Below, piece by piece: positions 45,841 through 55,019 of a stretch of DNA of 55,462 nucleotides. Origin of the DNA: a virus. Lineage: Duplodnaviria > Caudoviricetes. The position numbers and the translations under genes are program-made. The notes below the pieces were generated by a model. That model worked only from the letters and a program-made list of their open reading frames with translations. It was not told the DNA's origin and ran no database searches. The stretch is from positions 1-55,462 of the IMG/VR virus record IMGVR_UViG_3300028388_004387; one strand, written 5' to 3'. How positions within the stretch are numbered: position 1 is the stretch's first letter; every line of letters starts with the position of its first letter.

Positions 45841-46642
45841 CAACGAAGCGAAACGAAGCAAAAGAGAGGAGCGCGGATTTAAGGGCGTATGGATTCCCGC
45901 TTACATTTACTTAGACCCTAACTTAAGCGCTTTGGAAAAGCTGCTCATAATCGAAATTGATAGCTTAGACAACGACGAGGAAAAAGGGTGCAGAGCCAGC
46001 AATGAGTACCTTGCTAAATTCATAGGAAAAAGCCCAGGCACGACCAAAAATATGATAACCAAATTAAAGAAAAATGGTTACATTGAGCAGTGCTATTTTG
46101 ACGGTAGAAACAGAGGGCTCAGAGTGTTAAAAAGTGCAAGCTGGTCGCACGTATATGTGCGAGCTGGTTGCACGGATTCGTGCGAGCAGGATGCACGGAT
46201 TCGTGCAAGCTCCGAAACTCACGTTGCTTCTTATAGTGTTAAGAATAACAGTAGTAAGAATAAAAGTAAAAAAGAGCAAAAGTCCGTTTCCGACATTTTG
46301 GCAGAAAAGGTGATTTTTTTCTTAAACGAAATGACAGGCAGGCGCTTTCGCCCAGAGGGGAAAACAATGCTTTTCGCCAGGTGCCGAGAAGGGTACACGC
46401 TTGAGCAGTTCAAAGACGTTATCGCTCTCAAATGTGCGGAGTGGCTCAACACGGAACAGGAAAAGTATTTACGCCCGGAAACCTTATTCAACAAATCCAA
46501 GTTCATAAAATACCTCGAGGATGTACAGTGGCTCAAAGAAAACCCAGCAAAGCAGACAGCTTACTTCAATCAGCAAACCGCAAAGCGAATTGGTTCAAGC
46601 AAGATTGAAGCGCTACGAGACCAAATTGCAAGCTCTATATGA
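45830..46642 (+). CDS. Replication initiator (N-terminal winged HTH plus conserved phage C-terminal domain)
   Basis: FKGVWIP, C.ASNEYLA.F, L...GYI; C-terminal W....QEKYLRPETLF..SKF..YL; carries internal iterons. Confidence 0.85.
   Translation: MENNNEAKRSKREERGFKGVWIPAYIYLDPNLSALEKLLIIEIDSLDNDEEKGCRASNEYLAKFIGKSPGTTKNMITKLKKNGYIEQCYFDGRNRGLRVLKSASWSHVYVRAGCTDSCEQDARIRASSETHVASYSVKNNSSKNKSKKEQKSVSDILAEKVIFFLNEMTGRRFRPEGKTMLFARCREGYTLEQFKDVIALKCAEWLNTEQEKYLRPETLFNKSKFIKYLEDVQWLKENPAKQTAYFNQQTAKRIGSSKIEALRDQIASSI
46134..46275. repeat. Putative replication origin: 23-bp-period iterons plus A-rich tract
   Basis: GCACG(N4)(C/T)GTGC(G/A)AGC at 46147, 46170, 46193 and a half copy at 46134, followed by TAAGAATAACAGTAG-TAAGAATAAAAGTAAAAAAG. 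Confidence 0.75.
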
Positions 46643-47129
46643 GCAGGCGTCAAGCAGCTTTAAGGCACTGCACATTTCGGACATCCGCGAAATCCTTAGA
46701 GCGGACATGCCTACCTTCGCAGACATTGAAGCTCACCGAGACCAAGCTACTGCGCTAAAGGTTGCAATGGTTGCGCTGCTAAGCTTGCAGAGGTATGGGT
46801 TGTGCAAAGACGAGGAGGATGTGTTGTGTTTGAAAGAGGTATCTAAAGACATTGTCAACTCGCCTAGGTATAGAGCCATGTCGCCTTACGATATTTGGCT
46901 CATGTGCAGGTGGGGGAGCGCGGGGAGGTTTGAGGATGACGGCAAGGTGTACAAAGTCAAGTACAACACACTGCACGGTTGGCTGGCGAAGTATAACAGC
47001 GAGCGAATCGCTTTGAAAAAAACAATCAAGCCGGCTAAAGTTTTGCAGCAGCCAAAGCAAAAAAGGAGCCCGGAGTTGGATGCAAAATTTGAGGAGCTTA
47101 AAAGGAAGCTGGATGCCAATAGAGATTAA
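46521..47129 (+). CDS. Hypothetical replication-associated protein (helicase-loader position)
   Basis: Follows the initiator; G..G.F....VY......WL..Y..ER pattern; start uncertain. Confidence 0.55.
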   Translation: MYSGSKKTQQSRQLTSISKPQSELVQARLKRYETKLQALYEQASSSFKALHISDIREILRADMPTFADIEAHRDQATALKVAMVALLSLQRYGLCKDEEDVLCLKEVSKDIVNSPRYRAMSPYDIWLMCRWGSAGRFEDDGKVYKVKYNTLHGWLAKYNSERIALKKTIKPAKVLQQPKQKRSPELDAKFEELKRKLDANRD

Positions 47130-47817
47130 GTGGGGGCAGTGTAAAGGAGAAAACTGCACAAGCAAAGGCAAGGAGGTGCCATTGGCGCATGTCAAGCTAA
47201 AGCTTTGCCAGAACTGTAACAACATTAGGAAATGGAAGCAAAGTACAAGCGCTACAAAAAGTCAGCGTTCATCAAGCAGCTGGTCGACACAGACTACTTC
47301 TCAGAAACGATTAAAGCAATCAGGCGCGCTAAGAAAAAGAAAAGGCAGCGCCCCACCAAAGACACCTCTCAAGCGTAAAAATGCGATACGCGCCAAATCT
47401 CGCACGTCATTCGCAAAGCAAAAAGAGAGGGCTTGGAACGCTTTTAGCTTGTTTGTGCGCTTACGGGATGCAGACCAAAACGGTTATTGCAAGTGCTGCA
47501 CATGCTCAAAGGTAGCTTACTTCAAAGGAAGCGGGATGCAGGCTGGGCATTTTTGGCAAAGCGGCAACTACCCGAACACCAGATACGACGAGCGAAACGT
47601 TCATGCGCAGTGTGTAGGGTGCAACGTAATGAAGAACGGGATGGAGCTTGCGCACATGATGCACATTAGAAAGAAGTACGGAGAGGAGGTGTTAAACGAG
47701 CTGGAGCAAAAAGCGCACGTACCAAGAAAATACAACGAAATAGAACTGCTCGCGATAGAAAAGCTGTACCTTAAAAAAGCAAAAGAGGAGGCAAAAAAGC
47801 GCGGTATTGTGTTGTAG
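47113..47817 (+). CDS. ninG: NinG/Rap-like HNH nuclease
   Basis: AFSLFVRLRD, C.CCTC, MQAGHF, TRYDERNVHAQC..CN, KYGEE....LE. Confidence 0.9.
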   Translation: MPIEIKWGQCKGENCTSKGKEVPLAHVKLKLCQNCNNIRKWKQSTSATKSQRSSSSWSTQTTSQKRLKQSGALRKRKGSAPPKTPLKRKNAIRAKSRTSFAKQKERAWNAFSLFVRLRDADQNGYCKCCTCSKVAYFKGSGMQAGHFWQSGNYPNTRYDERNVHAQCVGCNVMKNGMELAHMMHIRKKYGEEVLNELEQKAHVPRKYNEIELLAIEKLYLKKAKEEAKKRGIVL

Positions 47818-47824
47818 AAATACT

Positions 47825-47832
47825 TAATTTTG
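47825..47832 (+). promoter_or_regulatory. Bacteroidota -7 element before the endolysin
   Basis: TAATTTTG in the short gap before ATG 47845. Confidence 0.45.
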
Positions 47833-47844
47833 TAAAAACGATTT

Positions 47845-48333
47845 ATGAAACTTATCACTCCAATCAGCTACATAGACCAGTACCTTGCAGGGGAGACAGA
47901 AAAGTCGGGTCCAGCAAGTAACCCAGCCATACAAAAAATCATACGCGACTGTATGCCTTGGGTTGAGCCTAATGTGGACGACAGCAAGGTGGCGTGGTGT
48001 GGTTGTTTCATGCTGCACGTTTTAAGGCAGTGCGATATAGACGTCAGCCAAATTAAGCATCCCTGGAGGGCGCAGGCGTGGGTGGAGTATGGACACCCAA
48101 GCGAAAATCTCCTTTACGACAAGTGCATTGCAGTATTTAGGCGAGGGGGTAAGAATAGTGTGTATGGGCATGTTGGTTTTCCGCTAAGAGAGAAAGAGGG
48201 TAAGATACTGCTGCGTGGCGGGAATCAAAGCAACGGAGTACACGATAGATGGTACAGCAAAAAGAGCTCTTATTATGAGTTTTTAGGATATAGGTTAATA
48301 CCAGAACTAAATGAAAACTACGAACTGAAATGA
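47845..48333 (+). CDS. Endolysin candidate, CHAP/NlpC-P60-like cysteine peptidase (TIGR02594-type)
   Basis: DD..VAWC.CF, A..W..YG, IAVF.RG, GHVGF, GGNQSN. Confidence 0.85.
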   Translation: MKLITPISYIDQYLAGETEKSGPASNPAIQKIIRDCMPWVEPNVDDSKVAWCGCFMLHVLRQCDIDVSQIKHPWRAQAWVEYGHPSENLLYDKCIAVFRRGGKNSVYGHVGFPLREKEGKILLRGGNQSNGVHDRWYSKKSSYYEFLGYRLIPELNENYELK

Positions 48334-48695
48334 AAGCAATTGAACACGTAATTATCGCCCTGGGCTTAGACTCAGAGTTTCAGCAAAATTTGCAGCTATG
48401 GAACACGCTTAGCGGTAACCTTGCGCACAACATTAGGGACTACATTTTGCAGCAATGCTCAGAGGATGAGCTGTTAAGCTGGGCAGAGGAGTTTATGCAA
48501 GGGAGGTACGGACACGGAGAAAAAAGAAGCGAGATTTACTATGCAGTAGCGGCAGTCCAAATAACACTTTATGAAGAGGTTATAGACCTGATAAACACGC
48601 GAGTTGAGGAGCTGGATTCGGAATCACAATCCAGGGTCGTATCGCTTGATGTAATGGAGCAGCTTGTAAACAATTACCCAATCAACAAAAATTAG
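48330..48695 (+). CDS. Hypothetical protein
   Basis: 121-aa ORF with an ATGA-coupled start. Confidence 0.7.
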   Translation: MKAIEHVIIALGLDSEFQQNLQLWNTLSGNLAHNIRDYILQQCSEDELLSWAEEFMQGRYGHGEKRSEIYYAVAAVQITLYEEVIDLINTRVEELDSESQSRVVSLDVMEQLVNNYPINKN

Positions 48696-48699
48696 CTTT

Positions 48700-49410
48700 A
48701 TGGCTTGCGGGCACAGCACGATACCCAAAGCGTCCAACTACAAACACATAATCAAAAATAAGACAATACCTATTGAGAATGGTGTTGTCAAATGGAGCAT
48801 TTTGAACTTCAGCAGGGACATGGACCGCCTTGTTCAGCTAAGCATATTCCACGACGTGTTCCAGGAGTATGAGCGCAGGATGTGGCCTATACGTTTCCAG
48901 AAAACAGACAACCCAGATGAAGCGTATTTCAAAGTGGTGTTTGCAAACAAAGGGAAGTACCTTAATCACGAAGGCAGAGAGGTGAGCATACCCGTGCCTT
49001 TTGAGGAGGGCGTGCTTGCATACGCTTACGGCCCGTACGACAATTTTGAGTACCGCGGATGGGTGTTTGTCAATGACGACATTTTTTGGACAATGAAAGG
49101 GCAGTCGGAAGGCGGAATGAAAATACGCTTAACCTTAGACCACGAGCTTGGGCACGCAGTAAACCTCGACCATACAGATGAGGAGGCTGATTTAATGTAT
49201 TGGCAGTACGGAGAGCACCGCACCTGGACGCAAGACAGCCAAGCAGGAATTGACAGTATTTACATGAGGATAATGGTGCCTCTTTTAAACCACTTTGGAT
49301 ATGAGCAACGTTTCAGAAAGTACAAAGCCAAAGCGCAAGAAGCGCAAAAGTACCCGAAAGCCCTTGACTACATCTGTCGCAAAGCAAAACAGTTCTTTTC
49401 CAAGCTCTAA
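48700..49410 (+). CDS. Matrixin (M10/MMP-like) zinc metalloprotease
   Basis: GVLAYAY.P, HELGHAVNLDH zinc motif, Met-turn LMY, and QD..AGI.SIY C-terminal helix. Confidence 0.88.
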   Translation: MACGHSTIPKASNYKHIIKNKTIPIENGVVKWSILNFSRDMDRLVQLSIFHDVFQEYERRMWPIRFQKTDNPDEAYFKVVFANKGKYLNHEGREVSIPVPFEEGVLAYAYGPYDNFEYRGWVFVNDDIFWTMKGQSEGGMKIRLTLDHELGHAVNLDHTDEEADLMYWQYGEHRTWTQDSQAGIDSIYMRIMVPLLNHFGYEQRFRKYKAKAQEAQKYPKALDYICRKAKQFFSKL

Positions 49411-49927
49411 GCCAAGCGAGGTGTGGGTAACGGAGGACGGCAGAATCGCTTCGCGCAGTAAGAAGAAAATCGTGCCAATGCTCATTGCTGCAATGCAAGA
49501 GGTAGTGGAGGACCTTGACAACCTTATTCTCACCGTGCCGGAGCTTGTAGACGAAATCAATTACCACTTGCCTTTGCACATGCGAATAACAGCAAACACT
49601 TGGAGCAGTTGGCAAACGGAATACCGTAACGCAAATTGGGAAGATTTAACTACTGACGAAAAGAACTTTTTGCGGGAAATAAAGCGCATTATGAGGAGCA
49701 GAAAAAAGCTCATGTGGAACCGAATGCGTACCGCACAATCTCATTGGCAAAAGTGGGCTTGGTTGCTTGAGCGTAAGTACGTTGACTTGCGCGCAGTAAA
49801 CACAGTCCAGCACCAGAACCCAGACGGCACAGGCTTGTTTCAAAACAAGACAGACGAGGAGCTTGAAAAGCTGTCAAACAAGTACACAAAAATCATAGAA
49901 ATAACGGATAAAAATGATTCAGATTAG
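49301..49927 (+). CDS. terS: Terminase small subunit (putative)
   Basis: HWQKWAWLLERKY motif and G.DG-like / TDEEL tail typical of TerS; lies upstream of TerL. Confidence 0.65.
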   Translation: MSNVSESTKPKRKKRKSTRKPLTTSVAKQNSSFPSSKPSEVWVTEDGRIASRSKKKIVPMLIAAMQEVVEDLDNLILTVPELVDEINYHLPLHMRITANTWSSWQTEYRNANWEDLTTDEKNFLREIKRIMRSRKKLMWNRMRTAQSHWQKWAWLLERKYVDLRAVNTVQHQNPDGTGLFQNKTDEELEKLSNKYTKIIEITDKNDSD

Positions 49928-50345
49928 CCAACAACGATATGCAGCAGAGCTCGCTTCTTATATAGGCTGCAAAGTAAGATGGGAGGTGGAAAGCAAAGTG
50001 AAAGCCACAGGAACGCTGACAGGAGTAAGCGTCAGCAACTCGGACGAAACCTATTACGCGACAATCCTAATGAATGGCGCTCATTATGCTTGCCCGGTAA
50101 AAGAGGTTGAGGTGCTGGCGAAGCCCGCTAAGATTGCAAGTATCGCAGAGATGCGTGAAGCTTTGGAGTATGAGTGGATAATGCAGCACGCTAAAGAGTA
50201 TATCAAGCTGCGAAAAAAGGTGTCGCAAGACATACAGCGCAAAGCAGAAGCTAAAGAAGTTGAAGGGCAGCACGCCTGGAGGTTAATGGCTCAAAAAGGG
50301 TACCAAATACCCGGCCACGAAAAGATTCTTAAATTCGCGAAATAA
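49914..50345 (+). CDS. Hypothetical protein
   Basis: 143-aa ORF. Confidence 0.65.
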   Translation: MIQISQQRYAAELASYIGCKVRWEVESKVKATGTLTGVSVSNSDETYYATILMNGAHYACPVKEVEVLAKPAKIASIAEMREALEYEWIMQHAKEYIKLRKKVSQDIQRKAEAKEVEGQHAWRLMAQKGYQIPGHEKILKFAK

Positions 50346-50351
50346 AGAAGC

Positions 50352-50786
50352 ATGTACAACAAAATCACTTTAATAGGACGCCTGGGGCAAGACGTGGAAG
50401 TGTCGCACGGGCAGCATGGGGAGTATTTCACGTTCTCCTTAGCAACTTCAAAGAGCTGGAAAAACGCTCAAGGAGAATGGGTAGACAAAACGGAGTGGCA
50501 TAGCTGCATATACTCCGGGAAGTATGCAAGCAGCATGGCTAATGGGCTATTCAAAGGCAGGTTGCTTCTCGTGGAAGGGGAATTAACCTACACCAAAAAA
50601 GATAATGTCACCTACTCAAACGTCAGGGCTTATACTATTCGCAAGCTGGACAAAGAGCCGGAAATGCAGGGCACAATAAACGAGCGCCATAGCCCCTTCC
50701 CGGAACCTAAAAAAGCCGCTGACCCTTTCCCTTCTGCAAAAGGAGGCGATTGGGATGGCACGGATGAGGATGACTTGCCATTCTAA
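50352..50786 (+). CDS. ssb: Single-stranded DNA-binding protein
   Basis: NKITLIGRLGQD, FSLATS, TEWH, KG..L.VEG.L, C-terminal DDLPF. Confidence 0.95.
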   Translation: MYNKITLIGRLGQDVEVSHGQHGEYFTFSLATSKSWKNAQGEWVDKTEWHSCIYSGKYASSMANGLFKGRLLLVEGELTYTKKDNVTYSNVRAYTIRKLDKEPEMQGTINERHSPFPEPKKAADPFPSAKGGDWDGTDEDDLPF

Positions 50787-50788
50787 GT

Positions 50789-52258
50789 ATGCCCGTAAGC
50801 CACGAGCATATTATCGCAGCTAAAGCAAAAGCTATCCTGAGAGCGCGTGAGAGCTTGCTTGCTTTTACGCTTATGACTAAAGACGATTATGATGTAAACT
50901 GGCACCACAGGTACTGCTGCGACATGCTTGATAAATTTGCGTTAGGCCACGTCAAAAAGCTTATGATGTTCATGCCTCCGCAAACAGGGAAAAGCGAATT
51001 AAGTAGCAGGCGATTCCCCGCTTACCAGCTCGGTATAGACCCGTCCTGCAGGATAGCGCTATGCGGCTACGGAGACACCTTTACGCAAAAGTTTAACCGA
51101 GCAGTGCAGCGCATAATAGACACACCCGAGTACGCAGAGATTTTCCCCGAAACAAGAATCAGCAGTAAAAATGTCGCCACCTCCTCAAAGCGAAGCTGGG
51201 TGCGAACAAGCAACCTGGTAGAGGTAGTTGAAAGCGCGGGCTTTTTGTACACGACAGGAGTTGGTGGTCCGCTTACAGGTACCAGCGTAGATTGCGGCAT
51301 AATTGACGACCCTGTAAAGGACAGGCAGCAAGCAAAATCAAACGCCTTTAAGACGCAGGTATGGGAGTGGTACACAGACGTCTTTAAAACAAGGCTGCAC
51401 AATCAATCAAAGCAGCTTATATTGATGACGCGCTGGGAGCAAGACGATTTAGCCGGCCGCATACTTGACGAGGAGGGCGAGGTATCGGAAGGCGGTAGCT
51501 GGGAGGTGATACGCCTGGAAGGCATAAGGGAGGATATGAGCGACCCAAACGACCCGCGAAAATTAGGGGAAGCGCTGTGGCCCGAAAAGCACAGCTTGGA
51601 GCGCTGGATGGATATCAAAAAGCGCACGCCCAGGACCTTTACTTCAATGTACCAACAACGACCTGCGCCCCAGGACGGTGACATACTAAAGCGAGAATAT
51701 TTTGAAGTGGTTTCGCACAAGTCGTTGCCAAAAGCATTTTATGAAAAAACAGTGCATTTCACAATAGATACTGCATACACAAAATCGCAAAGCAATGACC
51801 CGTCTGCGGTGCTTGCTTTTGTGGTGTGGAAAGGAGACTTGTATGTAGTGAGCTTTTGGAAAGGGCGCCTGGAGTTTCATAGCTTACTCAAAAAGATAGT
51901 GCAGCGTGTGAACAGCATAGGCAGCCCGAACAGCGCGGTGTTCATAGAGCCAAAGGCAAGCGGGTTGTCAGTGCTGCAAGAGCTTAAGAGGCAGACAACG
52001 CTGAACGTAATGCGCCACAAAATGATAACCGGCGACAAGGAGGAGCGTGTGCAAACGCTTGAGCCCTATTTTGAATCGGGCAGAGTGAAAATAGTTGAAG
52101 GGAGCTGGACGGCAGGTTTTTTACAGCAGCTAATGATATTCCCTAACGGTAAACACGACGAGGAGGTTGATTGCTTAGTGATGGCAGTGGTAGAGGGTCT
52201 TGCGCGAGGGAAAGGGCGTAGTACAGCAGCAGTAAGAAGAACGCTTAGAAGCATGTAA
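50789..52258 (+). CDS. terL: Terminase large subunit
   Basis: Walker A MPPQTGKSE, GVGG.LTG, Walker B IIDDP.K, MTRW..DDLAG, YQQRP, nuclease IDTA and FPNGKHDE.VD. Confidence 0.95.
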   Translation: MPVSHEHIIAAKAKAILRARESLLAFTLMTKDDYDVNWHHRYCCDMLDKFALGHVKKLMMFMPPQTGKSELSSRRFPAYQLGIDPSCRIALCGYGDTFTQKFNRAVQRIIDTPEYAEIFPETRISSKNVATSSKRSWVRTSNLVEVVESAGFLYTTGVGGPLTGTSVDCGIIDDPVKDRQQAKSNAFKTQVWEWYTDVFKTRLHNQSKQLILMTRWEQDDLAGRILDEEGEVSEGGSWEVIRLEGIREDMSDPNDPRKLGEALWPEKHSLERWMDIKKRTPRTFTSMYQQRPAPQDGDILKREYFEVVSHKSLPKAFYEKTVHFTIDTAYTKSQSNDPSAVLAFVVWKGDLYVVSFWKGRLEFHSLLKKIVQRVNSIGSPNSAVFIEPKASGLSVLQELKRQTTLNVMRHKMITGDKEERVQTLEPYFESGRVKIVEGSWTAGFLQQLMIFPNGKHDEEVDCLVMAVVEGLARGKGRSTAAVRRTLRSM

Positions 52259-52267
52259 ACAAAACCA

Positions 52268-52275
52268 TATATTTG
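52268..52275 (+). promoter_or_regulatory. Bacteroidota -7 element
   Basis: TATATTTG between the terL stop and ATG 52291. Confidence 0.45.
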
Positions 52276-52290
52276 TAAAAACAATTTATC

Positions 52291-52827
52291 ATGAACAAAG
52301 AACAGGCCTTTGATTTTTTACAAGACGCACAACGCACAGCACAAGGGAGAGAGGATAGAGTGTTCGTTCGGAAAATTGCTGCGGCAATAAAACAGAGATG
52401 GAGCGGCAGAGCGGATAAGCAGCGCGTGCTTGAAATTACCAAGAGCAGAACCGTAGACGCTCCAGTGGCGAGCTCTTTAAAAGTAGCAGAGCTGAAACCC
52501 GAACACTTTGAAAGCTCGGGAAAGCGCTTGAGGCAACGCAAAGCAGAAGCTGCTGCGGATAAACCTGCGCAAGCAAAACCAGCTCCAAGCGCGCTGCCTC
52601 AAGAAGAAGACCCTGACGCTATTCCGTTGAACGCATTTGCTCATTTCGCGGAGATGTCAGACAAGGAGCTGATAAAGGAATTTGGAGAGCTGGCTGCTGT
52701 AAAAAAGTGGGCGCGGGACGTAGTTGGATTGAAGGTAAATATGACAGCTCCAGCAAAACGATTCTTCCCTTGGCTGCGTGAGCAATTAACGCCCGTGGAA
52801 GCAAACCCTTTCGAGGAAGAAGAATAG
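52291..52827 (+). CDS. Hypothetical protein
   Basis: 178-aa ORF. Confidence 0.7.
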   Translation: MNKEQAFDFLQDAQRTAQGREDRVFVRKIAAAIKQRWSGRADKQRVLEITKSRTVDAPVASSLKVAELKPEHFESSGKRLRQRKAEAAADKPAQAKPAPSALPQEEDPDAIPLNAFAHFAEMSDKELIKEFGELAAVKKWARDVVGLKVNMTAPAKRFFPWLREQLTPVEANPFEEEE

Positions 52828-52830
52828 CGT

Positions 52831-53586
52831 ATGATTGAAGTGAAGCTGACAGGGTATGAGCAAACGGTAATCAATATACCCGAAAGCCCAGATGAAGTAA
52901 GCTTGGCGCAAGGTGTTAGGTTTACAAACAAGTGGCGCCATTTCATTGCTTGGCTTGAGGAGCGCAGCGACGATGATATTGTCAGCTACAAAGGTCAGCT
53001 GGAGTATGTTAACTGGCTTGCTGATATCATTAGCAGCACGTACGACATAGACAAGGAGAAGATATTGGGGCAGCATGTAGGAGATTGGGTGGAGCATGCA
53101 AGGCGCTTAAAAGGCACGGAGGAGGAGGTTGATGTAGACAGCGCGCAGCACACGCTGCTTTGGATATTTGATAAGACTCAAAACGCAGTGCGCTACACAA
53201 GCAAAGTGAGCATAGACAAGCCGTACGAGTTTGAGCATTGGGACGTGGGGAGGAAGAAGGTTACTACCTGGTACATAGCAGCAGAAAGAGCTGCAATGCA
53301 CATGAGCGGAGCTGTGCTGCCTACGTTTACAGTTGGGCAGGTAGTTGAGGTGATGGAGACTAATCGCCTTATGAGCAGTTATAAAAGCGAGCAAGAGGAT
53401 AATGCTGAGTTCACGCGTATAGTGCGAGAGATTGCAATTCTCGCGCTTAAGCAAGGAGAATCATTCCCAGCTATGCCTGCACAGATAGACGACTTTGTGA
53501 ACACGCGCGTAAAGGTGTTCCAAGATGTTAGCTGGAAAGTAGCTTGCGACATAGGTTTTTTTTTGGAAGCTATTACTCCAAGCTAA
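52831..53586 (+). CDS. Putative tail assembly chaperone (G-like; short product)
   Basis: Ends ...IGFFL with a T9 slippery run at 53556-53564 overlapping a -1 frame ORF. Confidence 0.65.
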   Translation: MIEVKLTGYEQTVINIPESPDEVSLAQGVRFTNKWRHFIAWLEERSDDDIVSYKGQLEYVNWLADIISSTYDIDKEKILGQHVGDWVEHARRLKGTEEEVDVDSAQHTLLWIFDKTQNAVRYTSKVSIDKPYEFEHWDVGRKKVTTWYIAAERAAMHMSGAVLPTFTVGQVVEVMETNRLMSSYKSEQEDNAEFTRIVREIAILALKQGESFPAMPAQIDDFVNTRVKVFQDVSWKVACDIGFFLEAITPS

Positions 53587-53843
53587 AGAAGCAGCGCAGC
53601 ACAATGTATTTTTTCAATCCGCCGGAACCTACATTGAACAAAGGAGATATGGAGGCGTATAGCAAAGCAAAAGCTGCCAGCGAAAAAGTGTTTAAAAGGA
53701 ACGGATGGAGAAGCATTTATGGGAGGCTTGTGGAAAGTGGTTTTTTCACAGTTAGTACCATGCCGCCTATTGCTGCTGCTGTATCAGCAGACTTTCGCGA
53801 TGCGGCCATTTTAATTTCACAGGAAAATGCACAAACAACATGA
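53562..53843 (+). CDS. -1 frameshift extension (GT-like) of the tail chaperone
   Basis: ORF 53544-53843 is in the -1 frame, opens just before the T-run and has only a weak TTG start; fused product about 337 aa. Confidence 0.65.
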   Translation, partial: FGSYYSKLKKQRSTMYFFNPPEPTLNKGDMEAYSKAKAASEKVFKRNGWRSIYGRLVESGFFTVSTMPPIAAAVSADFRDAAILISQENAQTT

Positions 53844-54187
53844 AAAAGAAGCTCCTTAAAGAAATTCGCAGCTTAGCGCAGCGCCTCCCTCAAACAGCTG
53901 AAAAAGTAACTGCCGTAGAGATGCGCAAGTGGGGCGAGCTAACAAAAGAGGTTCAGCAGCAAATACGCGAAAGAGATAACATACCCGACGGTTTTGATTA
54001 TTCCTACGATAAGCTGTTTGCAGTACAAGTTGAGAAGCTGGTTTCCGTAGACCATTACAGACGCTTGAAGCGCGCCTACACAAAAGGTGGGTTTAAGCGT
54101 GTGCAAGAATATATCCAGCACGTACAAAAAAATCACCTTAAATTAGCAGCGCAGCACCCAGAGCTGTTTCAAAAAGTAGAACAATGA
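53840..54187 (+). CDS. Hypothetical protein
   Basis: 115-aa ORF with an ATGA-coupled start. Confidence 0.7.
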   Translation: MKKKLLKEIRSLAQRLPQTAEKVTAVEMRKWGELTKEVQQQIRERDNIPDGFDYSYDKLFAVQVEKLVSVDHYRRLKRAYTKGGFKRVQEYIQHVQKNHLKLAAQHPELFQKVEQ

Positions 54188-54924
54188 TTCGCAACCTCAC
54201 CTACACAGAGTTTATCGGCTTTTTCAAAACGGCTGTGCAATTTTATCCGGTAACAGAGGAGCAGTGTCAACGCCCAAACACGTTTGCAATGATAGACACG
54301 GTTGCGGATATGTCAAGCAGCAATTTAAGAAAGTCTATTTGCGACAAAGGGAAGAACTATTTTTTCAGCAGGGAGTGGGCGAACAACAAGTACAACCCGT
54401 CAAAGCTCACCTGGACTTTTCCTATTGTAATGCTGCAAGAGAACAACTTATCGGGCGCCGACATTTTCCGCAAGAATCAAAAGTGGGCATACACCTTTCA
54501 GCTTATAGTTCTCGACCAGTACGACGAAAGCAGCAGAGAGAAGCGAATGTGTGACGGCTGCAAAGGCAGGTTGATAGCGGAAATATTTTTAGACACAGAA
54601 GCAATCCTTAGAAACATACTGCGCTACATAACTACAATGAAGTACGGGCACCGCACAGGAGAAACTCCTGCGGATGCAAAGTGGTACCCGTACAACTTGA
54701 CATTGGCAGACTTTGTGGAGGATACTGCAACGGTAGCAAATTACCAGCGCATGCTAAAGAACTTGAATGCGTCAGTATCTGCACAGCGCTACCAAAGCAT
54801 CAGCATCAATAATGCCTACGGCACCAGCGTCACCGTCAATGTGAATTTCGACTACTGCAATCTACTGGAGTGGGATGTGGAGCAAAGCAGCTATATTACT
54901 ACCTACGACGAAGGGTGCTGCTAA
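54184..54924 (+). CDS. Putative tail terminator-like structural protein
   Basis: FPIVML, YTFQLIVLD, DTE.IL..I pattern; ends in GCC like other Cys-tipped structural proteins here. Confidence 0.5.
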   Translation: MIRNLTYTEFIGFFKTAVQFYPVTEEQCQRPNTFAMIDTVADMSSSNLRKSICDKGKNYFFSREWANNKYNPSKLTWTFPIVMLQENNLSGADIFRKNQKWAYTFQLIVLDQYDESSREKRMCDGCKGRLIAEIFLDTEAILRNILRYITTMKYGHRTGETPADAKWYPYNLTLADFVEDTATVANYQRMLKNLNASVSAQRYQSISINNAYGTSVTVNVNFDYCNLLEWDVEQSSYITTYDEGCC

Positions 54925-54950
54925 AAAAAATTAAAATCTTTTTGCGAGAT

Positions 54951-54985
54951 ACTTGCACAGTAAAGTAATTGGCTTTATATTTGTA
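54951..54985 (+). promoter_or_regulatory. Repeated early promoter/operator cassette, copy 5 (variant spacer)
   Basis: ACTTGCACAGTAAAGTAATTGGCTTTATATTTGTA. Confidence 0.85.
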
Positions 54986-55019
54986 ATGCAATAACGCACA
55001 AACAAACAATTTTTAAAGC

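Noticed and set aside
38263-47817. Temperate lifestyle inferred from lambdoid RecT, Nin and initiator genes
   Set aside because: No integrase, ParA partition system or divergent repressor/Cro switch was recognised; lifestyle cannot be settled from this sequence.
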